Positions 1 through 12,179 of a stretch of DNA of 64,000 bases are shown here, piece after piece. Made by a program: the position numbers and the translations under genes. Under the pieces are notes generated by a model. That model saw only the letters and a list, made by a program, of their open reading frames with translations, did not search any database and had not been told where the DNA came from. The first letter of the stretch is position 1, and each line of letters starts with the position of its first letter. Source of the DNA: Perna viridis (lineage: Eukaryota); NCBI GenBank assembly GCA_037379345.1, contig CM074524.1, positions 34,791,644-34,855,643 of the forward strand, in the 5' to 3' direction.

Positions 1-3000
1 GTAATCAGCACTTTCTGATATGATGTCTGATGAAACATTAATTAATTTATCATCCTCGGGACATGAACTTTCAACCGGTGTTAGCTGCACAAAGTGGTTA
101 GCTGTGGATTTTCATTATCAACACCAGATGGGTAGTCTGACGATTGTGTAATGTTTTGTTCAGTGCCTAATTTATTGGAAATAATATTGTTATCTGCAGA
201 CATTTTTTCACAACTAGTCCATTGTTTTGAGCATATTATGTCTTTGTCCAAATTCGTTTGTACACTCTCTCGTTGGTATATATTTAAGAGATTTTGTTTG
301 ACGCTTTGGTGCATATAAAGTCTGACTTGTGAAACTGGAAATTATCTTCCGTATCTGTACTCATCATGTATATTATGATTGATGACTTTTACAAATCTCA
401 ATTTAGGAGTCTGTAATAACTAGGACAACGGCTCACCATCTGGCAATTTTCCACATTTAAGCCTTTCCCCAACATACGGAAAATATGGGTCTTTCTCGTA
501 TGGACTTGATGATACGTTCTCAGAAAATTCTGGTTTCCTTGATAAAGCATCTGGTATTTCATTTCATTTGCGAGTTTATAAACAATGTCAAAATAATCGA
601 AATGTTGTAAGAGTGCGAGCCATCGGCCATAAATTGCGCCTTTGAATTTCTTTTGAAATAATGGTCTTAATGCTTGATGATCACACTCGACTATAAAATG
701 CCTATCACGAACAAATGAAACACAATCGAGAATACTTGTGACCATACCTTACAATTCCAATTTTGTTGGACCATAGGACCTTAGCCATATGGATAGCCCT
801 ATAGAGCCAAACCGGACTACGTTTTTACTTCCGTCTTTATAAATTTTGTAAAGAATGTATCCAACACCTCTGTAAGAAGTATCAACAGCAATTCGAAATT
901 TACAGTCATAATTCGGGAATGACAAAATCAGTGAATTAATCAAAAAATGTTTCAGTTCATCAGAAGCAGACTGGTGATCAGGTTCCCATTTGAATTTAAT
1001 GCTTTTGCGCATTAGTTTTGTCAAAGGAGCTGCTATCATACTTAAGTTCTTAATGTACTTTCTAAACCAGTTAAATAAGCCTAAAACTCTTCTCAATTCT
1101 TTCAAATTTTTTTCGGAACAGGAAAATTTCTGATTTTCTCTATTTTTTGACTTGGCGGTTTGATCCCATCTTTCCAGATTTCACGACCTAGAAACTCACA
1201 TTTTGACACTGCAAATTTACATTTCGAGGGATTCAACTTCAGTTCCGATTCCTTTAATCTCTCAAATATATAGCATAACATTCATCTAAAAGTTAGTCCA
1301 TCTAATTCTTTGTCCATTACCATTTGAAAAGATTGCGGATTTGTACGTAATCCCATCGGAAGTCTGACAAATTGTATCTCCCAAAACACGTGTTGAATGC
1401 AGTATATTTAGTTGACTCCGGGGAGATAGGCAAATGACTCTATTAATTCTTGTAAAACGGGAAAGTTATAATGAAACTTTTCCATCTGAGAATTCAAAAA
1501 TCTAAAATCTATAAGATGACAACCTAAACTCTTTTGTTATTTCATATTTTGGTTTTAGCCTTTTTGACACAAGAACAATTGGACTAGTAAGATTTTCCTT
1601 GTCATTGTACAATAATACCTTGTTTTAACAACTCATTTAATTGACGTCGTAAAACCTCTCTCTTTTATCAGGTGCCAACCTGTATGGTTTGTGATGCTTA
1701 TATTGATTATCAGATTTCAGTGTAATTCTATGTTCAACAATCTTTGTATAACCCAAATCTGGGTTATCATCAGTCACAAAAATTGACTTATATTTGTACA
1801 ATTTATCAAGTAAAACATCTTTCTGACATGAAGTAAGATTTCCACTGATATTAACACTAAATTTGAAATTTTCAAACAAAGTTTCAAAACCCTGTGTATC
1901 TTGCATATTTGCACATTCTAATCTGTCTATCTTAAAATTATCACCAATGCAATGAAAAGAAGCTAATAAAGTATCCTTACAATTGATTACCTCTCCAACA
2001 TTTAATATCCTCACAGGAATTGTATGGTCACTAGAAATACTACAGAAAGCTTTTGGAAATTAAACAAATATCTGTGAATGTTTTATGTGCAATGTAAACT
2101 CCTTGCTGTCCTATCCTCTGTTTTTTTAGTCACTTTTGCAAAAATGCTAGTTCTGTTTTTGGCGGTACTGACAATGATTTGGCGCATACGACTTTAGTGG
2201 TGTTTTCATCACGATAATATGAATACATTAGCATAATCCCCATAGAAATTAGATACTGACAACCTAAAATTAAAGGATGAGAAACGGCATTCAAAATATG
2301 TACTATAATATTATAATTGCCTCTTGAAAGGGACGTTTTAATCTGAATTTTGGCAATTCCCAAAATATCAACAACCTGATTATTAGCCGAAGTAACAGAC
2401 TGAGATGTAGATCTAAAAGTAGATATCACTGAATTTGATAATCGTTTGAAAAATGAATGAGAAATAATATTAATATTACTACCAGAATCCAGCAATGCAG
2501 AAATCTTAAAATTATACAAATCTACTGGTTAATATAAAAGCGGATCTTGGCTCTGCACATCATCGTCCGCACTAGAATTAATGTCTGGACCACAAGTTAC
2601 ATACGCTGATGACTTCTTGGGCTCGACGGCGCGTTTCCCTGTCCCGTCTATAATTTCTCGGTTTTGATAATCCAAAACGGTTACTGGTAGGAGCACTATA
2701 TCCGAATTGTTCACACAACTGACACTGTGTTTCCGGATATTTGCAACCACGACCGTCCAAATTGAAAATTCTTTCTATATAATTTAGCCTGGAACATTTA
2801 TAGCATGTTATTGATCTCGTATCAGTGGTGTTAGGACGACGAACGTGATCTTACCTTGGAACTTCTGATCTCGAAATGCGGTCTGAGAGGTCTTTTACTT
2901 TACTGTCCATCATTTCTGTATTGTTAGAAGCTGCTGTCACCGATGTATTCTGTTGTCTATATCTGTATGTCTCTCCAAGCTTTGCTGATGTCAACGCTTC

Positions 3001-3695
3001 TTTCAAAGTTGTGATTGATCTAGCACGCACGAAAAAAGCTAACTTGTCTGGTAATCCATTAACAAATCGGGAAATCATGTCTTTTGGTGTTTTACTGAGT
3101 TTCGAGCCCTTTTCCAGAATTTTGACATGGAAATCTTTGATCTGCTGATTAGGTAGAAGAGGTAAAGATTCAAAGCACACTGCCTTTACATTGATGGACC
3201 AAAAACGTCTATTTAACATGTTAAGTAATTGTCATGTGTGTTTAGAAGGTCTGGACTGGTACTGGGGCATCCTCCCAAGTCAGGGTTTTGAGTCTGCTCT
3301 CGCTCCTTCAAACCCCTGACATCATTCATTCATATTTAGCGGGTATCGTCCAGCACCATCTAGTGAGTTACTTAAATTTAACCCGGATCCAAAATCCAAT
3401 CAAATCACTCGTAGTAGAAACTCTTCGATATATCTTACAAAGTGGCTACACATAACGTCATTTTTTTCAGTAAAGACTCTAAACCGAATCTACAGTTATC
3501 ATTTTTGATCATATTGCTTCATTTATGATATCATACAACTTTCAGTTACTATATCGGATCGTCCATTACCTCGTATTGCTGTTTACCTTTCCAAACATTT
3601 TATGTTAAATCGATTTTCATCGGTGCTTCCTACCCAGAGAGGCAACCAATCGGAATTGGCTGGACGATACCCGCTAAATATGAATGAGTGATGTC
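1..3695 (-). mobile_element. Degenerate Ty3/Gypsy LTR retrotransposon (gag, zinc knuckle, protease, RT, RNase H), running off the left edge
   Basis: Frameshifted ORF pieces in Gypsy order: gag 2851..3219; CCHC-like knuckle CQLCEQFGYSA 2578..2760; protease LLDSGS 2130..2519; RT start HKPYRLAP 1637..2014; RT/RNase H LRRVLGLFNWFRKYI...VDTSYRGVGYIL 749..1105; ECDHQAL 398..745. Confidence 0.9.
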
Positions 3696-3699
3696 GGGA

Positions 3700-3885
3700 T
3701 CACAGATGGAAAACAGACATACACAACAAAGAACATAAAGTAACTAAAATCATACGTACAAAGTAACAAAAGCAAATGAGCAACTCGGACTCCACTAAAA
3801 ACTGGGAGCATGGACCAGGTGCACCGATAGGGTAAGCGTCCTCTGCTTTTCTAGAAACACCCACCGAGTCGCTCACAAGCGTCAC
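3700..3885 (-). mobile_element. Fragment of the Penelope-like element 3' region
   Basis: Near-identical to the non-coding 3' part of the RT-bearing copy at 23257..24073 and to the copies near 46.3 kb and 58.2 kb. Confidence 0.85.
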
Positions 3886-5701
3886 AAAAAAGTTTGGGTT
3901 CGATAAACACTGTTACTAAATGATAAAACTTATTTATATTCATAGAATTGCATCGGGTGTACACTACTTATTTGTCTAACAAGAACACAAAACCGAAACA
4001 CTTAACTGGACGGTAAAAAGATTATTTGAGCTAAAATAAAAAAAATCTCTGCTATAACGTAAAGATGCTTTTATATTTCATTTAATTATTCAAAATGAAA
4101 AAAAATGCTATGTTTTGTTTCATACACGATTATATCAATCACTATATCTACGAGGTCAATGTCCGATGTTTGCCGAAGCAGGTATTCCAAAGATAGATTT
4201 ATCGTGTAATACATGGTATGACTTAAAATATCTGAAATAACAAAAAAGACACAACAGTGGCATGACTGACCAAACCTTACGTAAAAGCGCCCCTGGCTGC
4301 AAGTAAGCAAGCATGGGTTCAACACAAACAAACACCACAATAAACCCAAAACCCGGAGGAAACCAGGTGCCAAAAGATAACTTCGAGGTTAAGATTCATA
4401 CCTTTTCTCTTCTGGAAGTCCGTAAGAGTGTAAAGGGTTAAAAAAATCAGCGGTTAGAATGGTCAAAGTCCAAAGGGTCGGTGGTTCACTTCCGATTATG
4501 GGTGCCCAAATGTGTCTTGGAATAACAGCGAGAGACGTAAGACAATGAAATAGTAAATAAAATAGATAAAAATAAGTGTTTCTAGTTGTATAGTACAACT
4601 ACACTAAAGAAAAAGAAAAATGGACTCCCTCCTTACAAAAAGGGGGGTACAAAAACCGTTAGCGATAGCATATCAAGCACAAACACTTTCTCAAGCGTTT
4701 ACCTGGTAGAGCCTCATAACACGGGTCAAATCACGTTTGTGTGTAAGTGACTTGAAAACATTAAGAAAACTATAGCAGAAAAAACGTCCAAAATCCTTAT
4801 AAAAAAGAAGACAAACATTAAACGGTAATACATGTCTCAAATTTAAACCAAAAAAAGGAGAGCGTAGAAAACAAACGACAATTGAAAATATCGAGAGAAA
4901 ATTAAAATCCGTCAATGGTTTACCCAACAGACCCCCATAACATCAGGTCAAGTACACGCGACGTGTAAATATTGAAAGTATGAAAAATAAATCGGTTTAC
5001 CCGATAGAGCCCCATAAAAATGAAAAGGTAGAATCCATCTGTTATAGGTGATGAATAAGTCGACTATAAAAATCTAATTATCATAAGAATGAGAAGCAAT
5101 ACACCATTCAAAAGCTCTTAACGTTCCGATTGTACAACGTGTAAACCTTACGATAATCAGTATAGTCAAAATAGAAACATTAATTATTCGAACTGAATAC
5201 AAAAAATATTAAAATAAAAATAATTAAAACAACGATAAAAAATTAATGTTCGAGAGGTAAACATTGCACAACACGTTCTTGCACCTGTAATGTATTTATA
5301 AAGCACAATAAAAACGGCTAAAAATCAATACATAGGCTACTGAAATCACCAGTAACATGGAAAGTTTCAAACATCTGTCTAATCCGTGAGACATCTATTC
5401 AAATTACACAGTCAAATTGAACACAAAGAAATTCAAATAAAACTTTAAAAGTTCCCACTCAATTTGGCATTATTACACAAAGACAAGGAAATTACAATTA
5501 ATTTACAAAAAATAATTAAAAAAGCTATTAACGTTAATGAAAATAAAGAATTTAAAAACAATATGAACAAAGAAAGATAACTCTTGTCATAATACGCCCT
5601 CTTTTTTTTTATATTTACCTGTTTACACCATACTATATAATGACACTAATAAGGACACTTAATGAAGATACCTAAGGAGGTCGTTTCCCCCTCCTAACCT
5701 T

Positions 5702-5757
5702 TGATTGATTGATTGATTGTTGGGGTTTAACGTTCGAGCAGCAATATCTCAGCTATA
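5702..5757 (-). mobile_element. 3' tail fragment of the structured-head SINE family, with a (TGAT)n tail
   Basis: ttggggtttaacgttcgagcagcaatatctcagctata matches the 3' end of the SINE copies at 52-63 kb. Confidence 0.7.
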
Positions 5758-5794
5758 AGGCCCCTCCTACATCAAAAGTCCCCATGTTTCCTTT

Positions 5795-5944
5795 ATTGGT
5801 CCCCCATCTAAGCCCACTTCCGGTCACCCAAGGTCCACTTCCGGTAATATCCAAGGTCCTCTTCCGGTCCCCCTCCCTTTCCGGTCACACCCAAGGGTCA
5901 CTTCCGGTTTATGACCACCGGATAAGACGTCATGCGCATGCGCA
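5795..5944. promoter_or_regulatory. Promoter-like motif cluster: five ETS-type (A)CTTCCGGT sites, CRE-like GACGTCA, NRF1 palindrome TGCGCATGCGCA, CCAAT box
   Basis: TTCCGGT cores at about 5816, 5837, 5861, 5879 and 5900; GACGTCA 5926-5932; TGCGCATGCGCA 5933-5944; ATTGG 5795-5799. Function is inferred from known motif consensus only. Confidence 0.55.
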
Positions 5945-6530
5945 TCGGGGTGCTCTCATGGCTCCACCTGAAAAAAAGTGACCTGAAACCTTCATGTATA
6001 CTTCTGTTAAGGCACATGTCAACAGAAACAAGAATTTACGACAATGCTAGCTAAAGCAGCTTTAAGTGGGGAAGTGCAGATAAAGGTCTATAACCATGTC
6101 TCACTTGTCATGTAACATTACAGGTAAATTTTGAACCGTATTTTTTTCATGAAGCAACACTACAATAGCTTCATTTCAAAGAACCACCAGTATATGATAT
6201 TTTACTTTTAATTCAGGAGTAGACATACAACAAAACCAGTAGACAAAATATGAGAGACCCTTCTGACAACATCGAAAATGAATGTAAAACTTTCAAGATT
6301 TCGTTTGATTAAAGTTTATGCTACTTATAAAAAAATATATAAATTTGTCTTAATTGTTACATTGAAATGTCTTGTGTTTTTAAGATACAATGAAAGGAAC
6401 AACAATGTACACGTCTAATGTAGCACGTAGTTTTACATTAACCGCCTTTTTTGCATCATGCTGGTGCTCACTTTTGCTTTCAAATTATTCCATGCGCTTC
6501 ATACTTTCTACTTAATTTTGCTAGCTTCCC

Positions 6531-6725
6531 ATCGACTCTCCCAGTAGCGTAACTAAGGGAATATTGTTTCATTGACCCTCTCAGTAGCATAACTAAGGGA
6601 GTATTGTTTCTTTGACTCTCCCAGTAGCATGACTAAGGGAGTATTGTTTCATTGACCCTTCCATTAGCATAACTAATTTAGTATTGTTTCATTGACTCTC
6701 CCAGTAGCCTAAGGAAGTATTGTTT
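6531..6725. repeat. 40-bp minisatellite, about 5 copies
   Basis: Unit attgactctcccagtagcataactaagggagtattgtttc starting at 6531, 6571, 6611, 6651 and 6691. Confidence 0.95.
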
Positions 6726-8400
6726 TTTGCTTGTAACCTTTGCATGATTTACATTGTGTCATGTGTAATGGACTTTTAATTAATACAGATACTTTTATTT
6801 ACTTGTCTTTTGTTGTTATATAAGTTGTTATAAATAATAAGTTTATAAGTTTTCTGTAATAAATGATTCGCCACTCGACTTTTTTTGCTATGTGCATGTT
6901 ATTCAAATCAAGTAGGTAAACGGAAAGGCCAAATGGCAAAAGGCGAAGAGACATTATGACAACAGAAGATCAAGAAACAATCAAAAACTTAAAAGATACA
7001 ACCTGAAATATCAAAATGATAACAGGCGAAGGGAAACATATGCAATGAACACAAAAAAAGAAATAAAATCCAACTGTGTGAACGACAGTATCAACCGGAA
7101 AAGTGCAACATGCAAAGAGAAATTCAAAAGATCGTGTCCAATCATTAAATGGGAGAGAAGCTATGATAGTTAGCCATGCTGAAAACTGTTTACTCCACGG
7201 AGGATGCACAACCCGGCGTAGGCTGGTTAAATTTGGGCGGAATTACTGATTGAATTGTAACGATACATTGTAGCTTACAAATTTTCACAATATTTTGGAA
7301 TTCCATTAAGCACAAAGTTCTGCTTCAGTGCACTTTTATGGACCACTTGGTACCTCATTATCTAAAAAAAACAGTAAATAATGATAGAGAAAACTTGCTT
7401 AGCATTTTTCTTTAAAAAAGCTCTTGTATTTAGACAGAGATTTTTTTTTATAAAGAATCCTATATAAATATTTCAACATCGCACCAAAAATAAAAAAGTT
7501 TATTTTTCGTTTTGGCAAGGTCCATTTTGGCACCTGATAACTCGAAACTGTAAGAGATATCTTAAAAAATAACTGTAAATCACAGGCAGTGAATTTCACG
7601 AGGAAAATAAAATAATTCAAAATCAGACCAGAAATTAAAACAAACAGTTTTTTGGGCATGGGCCCATTTTTGCCCCCATAGACTGACGATGATAATTGCA
7701 ATTTAGAATCTGATTATCATTCTTAAAACAAAATTTTAGATGATACCAATAAAGGAAAGAATTGACAAAATTGAATGAAAGTAAACCTTCGACATTTATT
7801 TTAAATAAACACCTATGTTACCCTTTTCCCAAAGCCCTTTTTGCAGAACGGTATGGGCAAGTGACCCATTTTAAATGATAATTTTCCTCAAGCAACATGT
7901 AGCAATATATCAAAGTTTCAAATGACATTGAGTTCACTACAACTTCAGTTGCAGGAAACGAAAGAAACAATACCAACGACGACATCACAACATAATACGA
8001 CCGCTATTTTTCTGGTATGCAGATCGCCACATATCTCCGGCATGAATTCATTTCTTGTTTTTAATGTAGAGGGGAAAATTAAAATTATAAGTAGATTCGG
8101 CCAATTTTAAACAAGAGCAGCCATACTGTTAAGTTGGATACTTAAATGAATCTATGGACAGATGAGTCTTGTCTGTTGTTTTGTGTAAAACGCTGAGTAG
8201 TTTACAGTGTGATTTTATTCTAAATAATGACATTTTGAGCTTTATATGTTTCATATACATGTATAATTATGGGGACGGAATATTTTATAGAGTGCCCCTG
8301 GACCTGCTGTCTGTAAATAACAACTATAGTAAATATTTTCCTTTTTCTTATTATTTAAAAGTTTGTATCAATTAGAATTTTTATATCAAACAGAATAGTC

Positions 8401-8600
8401 CTAAATAGTTCTCACAGAGGCATTTATATTGTGTGCATTTTCTTGAAGCCGTTTCCATTGGTCAGGTGTAAGCCTTATGCCTCGTTCTGATTCTGAAAAT
8501 GTTTTCTCTTCCGAGAACTCCCTGATGTCAACAACAACTTCTTCTCCTATAGCGTAAACACCTATACGGCGTTTCCATGACAACGAAAATAAAATCCAGT
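8401..8600 (-). CDS. Exon 2 (terminal) of the predicted zf-PARP/PC4/PC4 protein: second PC4 domain
   Basis: Acceptor tattttttAG (AG at 8602-8601). Translation FSLSWKRRIGVYAIGEEVVVDIREF...ERGIRLTPDQWKRLQENAHNINASVRTI* aligns with the PC4/SUB1 ssDNA-binding domain (DIREY...KGISLNPEQW). The phase matches exon 1. AATAAA on the minus strand at 8219-8214. Confidence 0.8.
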
Positions 8601-8774
8601 CTAAAAAATAAATGTTCGAAATAAGGATTATTTTTTAAAATTGATTTTAACCAAGTTAGACACAGACCTTTTCCTTTCCAAAGGGTAGGACTGGGGGTTG
8701 GAACGCTTGTTCGGTGAAAGGAATCTTTCACAAAAGCGTTTTTTTTTTTTTTAAATAATCTACATGGTTAAGAA

Positions 8775-8960
8775 ATGGGGGAAATATTGAATCATATTTT
8801 TTTTGTCTAACGTATGGGTGACATAATGAATCATTTATTTTTTCGTCTAAAGAAAGGGTGGAATATTGAATCATATATTTTTTGTCTAAAGAAATAAAGA
8901 AAATATTGAATCATATATTGTTTTCGTTTAAAAAATATAGTGGAAATATTGAATCAAAAA
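8775..8960. repeat. About 41-bp degenerate tandem repeat (intronic)
   Basis: Recurrent aaatattgaatcatattttttttgtctaaagaa...gtgg, about 5 copies. Confidence 0.75.
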
Positions 8961-9324
8961 TTCTTTTGGCTGACTTGGTTTTCTAATTTTGAATTTTTTT
9001 TTCAAACAAATCCAAAGACTACTCTTCGCTTGGTTGGTGCCTTACGTGATATGGGTAACATAAACTTTGGAACAGTTTACTCTTAATGAATTTATGAGTT
9101 TGCAATTTATGCAAGTCATAGAACATAAATTATTATATAGATAGCAGTGTTTTATCGAATGTTCCCAGTGAAATAAATTTGGATAATTCACACTGTGAAA
9201 TAAATTCGGTAATTTCACTCTCGGACTTTCTCCCGCTAAAACGTCACAACTTTGAAATCAATCCGCCGTTCACAAAATTTGAAATTTATGTTGAAAATAG
9301 CATCGAATAGGAACTCTATATAAT

Positions 9325-9468
9325 AAATAGGATAATCAATTAGTTATCGTGAATAACAAAATATGATCACTCATGCCAAGAACACTTTAAAATCGTTAAA
9401 TCTATGCGTTCTTAGGCATTCGTGATAATATTTTGGTTATTCACTCCTTCAAATCAATTATCCTATTA
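9325..9468. mobile_element. Short hairpin-like MITE remnant
   Basis: Inverted arms aataggataat...gtgaataacaaaatatgatcac...atgcc versus ggcattcgtgataatattttggttattcac...attatcctatt. Confidence 0.55.
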
Positions 9469-10739
9469 ATATCCCTACGTTAGTTAGCCATATTTAACTT
9501 GGTCAGAAATTAAACAGTCCAAAAAACATTCGATTCTACTTTTAATCAAAATTTATTAATTCGATTTATCAAAACGGTATTGAGTTTGAAATTGTTTCTG
9601 ACTATAAACCAAAGACGTCACCAGCGGTGGATTTGAATGAGGCACGACAGTCGTGCAGCCTCCGTAAAATTGGCAAAGTATCGACTGAAACAGAAAAAAG
9701 AACGTGAAAGGTGTGGCACAATATTTACCCAGTAAAACATTACAACAATTACCGTATTCTCTTTAAGTAGGGCAGATAAATCTTCACTTGGGCTCTACTC
9801 TGCTATCTACCTATCTTCAAACTTCAAATCCGCCCACAGCTTTAAACACAAGAGAGCCAAATTTTCAGAAAACTTATCATTAGTTATCTGGGAGGGGCTA
9901 GTCAAAATGTTGGGAGGGGGTGGTGAAGTTTTATTTATTTATTATTCTGGAAATGGGGTTTCAATCCTTTTCTTCGATTAGAAGAAAAGGGTAAATTTCC
10001 ACATAGCATCAAATGGACATGTGGGGTCATTTGTTTTTGGTTTGAACATTACAACAATCAATTGTTAAGGTATTTTATACCTCTTTAAACAGAACACACG
10101 ATTGATAATTCACTGATGTACATCTATCCATGTTCATTCATTTGCATAAAAAGGGGGATAAAACAAATCAATTGTGGCGTTCGAAATTCATAAATAATGA
10201 TAAGCCCTTTGGTATAAACTATGTTGAATTATTTTGAATTCGTTGAAACTAGACATTCCCCCTAACGGGACTTACACCCCCGCAGCTTGTTAAACTATGT
10301 ACATTGGGCGTACGATTCATATTGGACACAATTTCAATGGTGGATAGACTATGCACTTTTTGACACAAAATTTGCCGTCATTTCTAAAAAAAAAAAATAC
10401 AAAAAAGCAATCAATACCATTTTTTGTTGACAGTACATTAACAGAATATGACTAATTTCTGACAATACGCCCATCTCCATATGATAATATGACACCCCAT
10501 AAAGTTTCATAACTATCATGCAAGATATTGAGGAGGAGTTGCGGACAACGCATCTGACCAGGTTTCGCTGAAAAATGCCTGGGTTCCAACAGCCTTCATT
10601 TCTAAAATTTTTCTGCAAACAAAAATTCCTGACAATATGCACATCTTTATATGGTAATCTAACACCCCATTAAGTTTCATAACAATCATGCTTTAAAGGA
10701 CAGATGTTCGGCACACAACAAGTGGTTGATGTCTATTCC

Positions 10740-10990
10740 GTCTTGTCTCTCCCTATCAATCTCTTCCACAGAGATATCGGTCATGTCTCTTCTACTGAGT
10801 TTTCATATCAGTCTCTCCCTCAATATCATTCTCTTCAAGAGGGTTTCATGTATCGGTCCTTTCTCTCCCTATCATTCTTTTAACAGAGTTATCAGTCCTT
10901 TCTCCCCATCACTCTTTTCAACAGAGTTATCCGTCCCTTCTCTAGCTATCATTCTCTTCAGCAGAGTAAATTATCGGTCCTATCTCTCCC
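10740..10990. repeat. Degenerate pyrimidine-rich tandem repeat (intronic)
   Basis: Recurrent tatcattctcttcaacagagttatcggtcctttctctccc-like units. Confidence 0.65.
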
Positions 10991-11143
10991 TTACAGTGTA
11001 AGAAAGAGATAAGACACGAAAACTCGGTGGAAAAGAATGTTGTGGATGGAGCACCAGTTTGCAATGCAAAGGACCGGGTTCCATTTTCAGTTTCAATGGT
11101 TTGTTTTACATATACGTCTTGGTCTACTATCATTACAACGTAC

Positions 11144-11789
11144 CTGGTGAGTCTGTCTCGGATTGTTTTATTTTATTTTTATCTTTCTGTCCACGCTTCT
11201 CTTGTTCTTTGTCTTTAATTGACTTTTGTGTAGTGGAAATAGCATCACAGACATCGTCGAAGTAGGATTCTAGCTTTAGCCATTGATCGCTAGACAGAGT
11301 AATGCCGGATTTCGTGGGTTTGGCAATCAAACCTCCTCTAGGAATGAAATATTTCCGAATGCTTACCAACACAGTGCTTTGTATTTTTATCGCAGCAACA
11401 CACAGCAGATTACCGAGATCGAAAGTGTTTGGGTCAAGTTCATAGTCTCCACCCGCCTCTGATCCTTCAAAGATTGCTTCCGGTTTTACCTTACGGCCTT
11501 CTGCTGTTGTCGCTGTTGAATCAACGACGAGTTTATTTCTATCACTTAGTCCTAATTCGTTTAAACCGTCGACTAGCTCTGACAAAATGTTCCCATTTAT
11601 TCCCCGTAAATGGTTTCTATAGTAACACTTAGTCCAGAAACAAGTGTAGTGGAACCAAGACGTCGTTTTGTACTCCTGAACACCTAGCCGAAGGCTGTCT
11701 GAATTGACAAGAGATTTGCAGCCACAACAACGCACTATGTTTTTGTCTGGTTTAGAGGAAATTACAAACGGCAAAGCATTCTTCTTCAT
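11144..11789 (-). CDS. Exon 1 of the predicted 281-aa protein: PARP-type zinc finger plus first PC4 domain
   Basis: ATG in AAAATG context. C21-x2-C24...LRLG...WFH47-x2-C50 and DGLNELGLSDRNKL match the PARP1/ligase III zinc-finger pattern. FDLG...VLVSIRKYF...KPTKSGITLSSDQWLKL matches PC4. Donor CCAG|GTACGT at 11144/11143, phase 1. Confidence 0.85.
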
Positions 11790-12179
11790 TTTTACTATGA
11801 CATTCCAATGCCGTTAGGTTAGAACGTAAACAAACAAGGGTTATCGTTCTTTGTTGATTGTCGGTTTTGACATTTAAATATTCGCGTAATATTCATTGGC
11901 AATTTTTCAGTAGATATATTTTGAAATATATATTCACATGAGGAACGATATATATACAAGTTCATAAACTCGTTAATCCCCCTTCCGCATTGTGGTCGTA
12001 CAAGTAGTCTTTGTTTTATCTTTGTTTTAACACGTACAAAGTTTGGCAAAAGCGAAAAACAAAAACTAAGCAATATTGTACACATTCATTTTTAAGTCCA
12101 AACCACAGTTGAAGCAATAAAAGGAAATAAAGCCTTAATCAATATGCATGGACAGAGGAAAATATGAGACCGAAGCAAT

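Noticed and set aside
6531-6725. Regular 40-bp repeats as a CRISPR array
   Set aside because: Units are contiguous with no unique spacers, the context is eukaryotic and there are no cas genes. The same applies to the 21-bp and 30-bp arrays.
6900-7340. Possible coding remnant on the + strand
   Set aside because: Multiple stops in all frames and no motif I can assign.
10942-11133. ORF whose ATG overlaps the stop of the zf-PARP/PC4 ORF (TAATG), as a translationally coupled gene
   Set aside because: A good splice donor 11 nt earlier explains the ORF end. The peptide has no recognisable motif and runs into a minisatellite.
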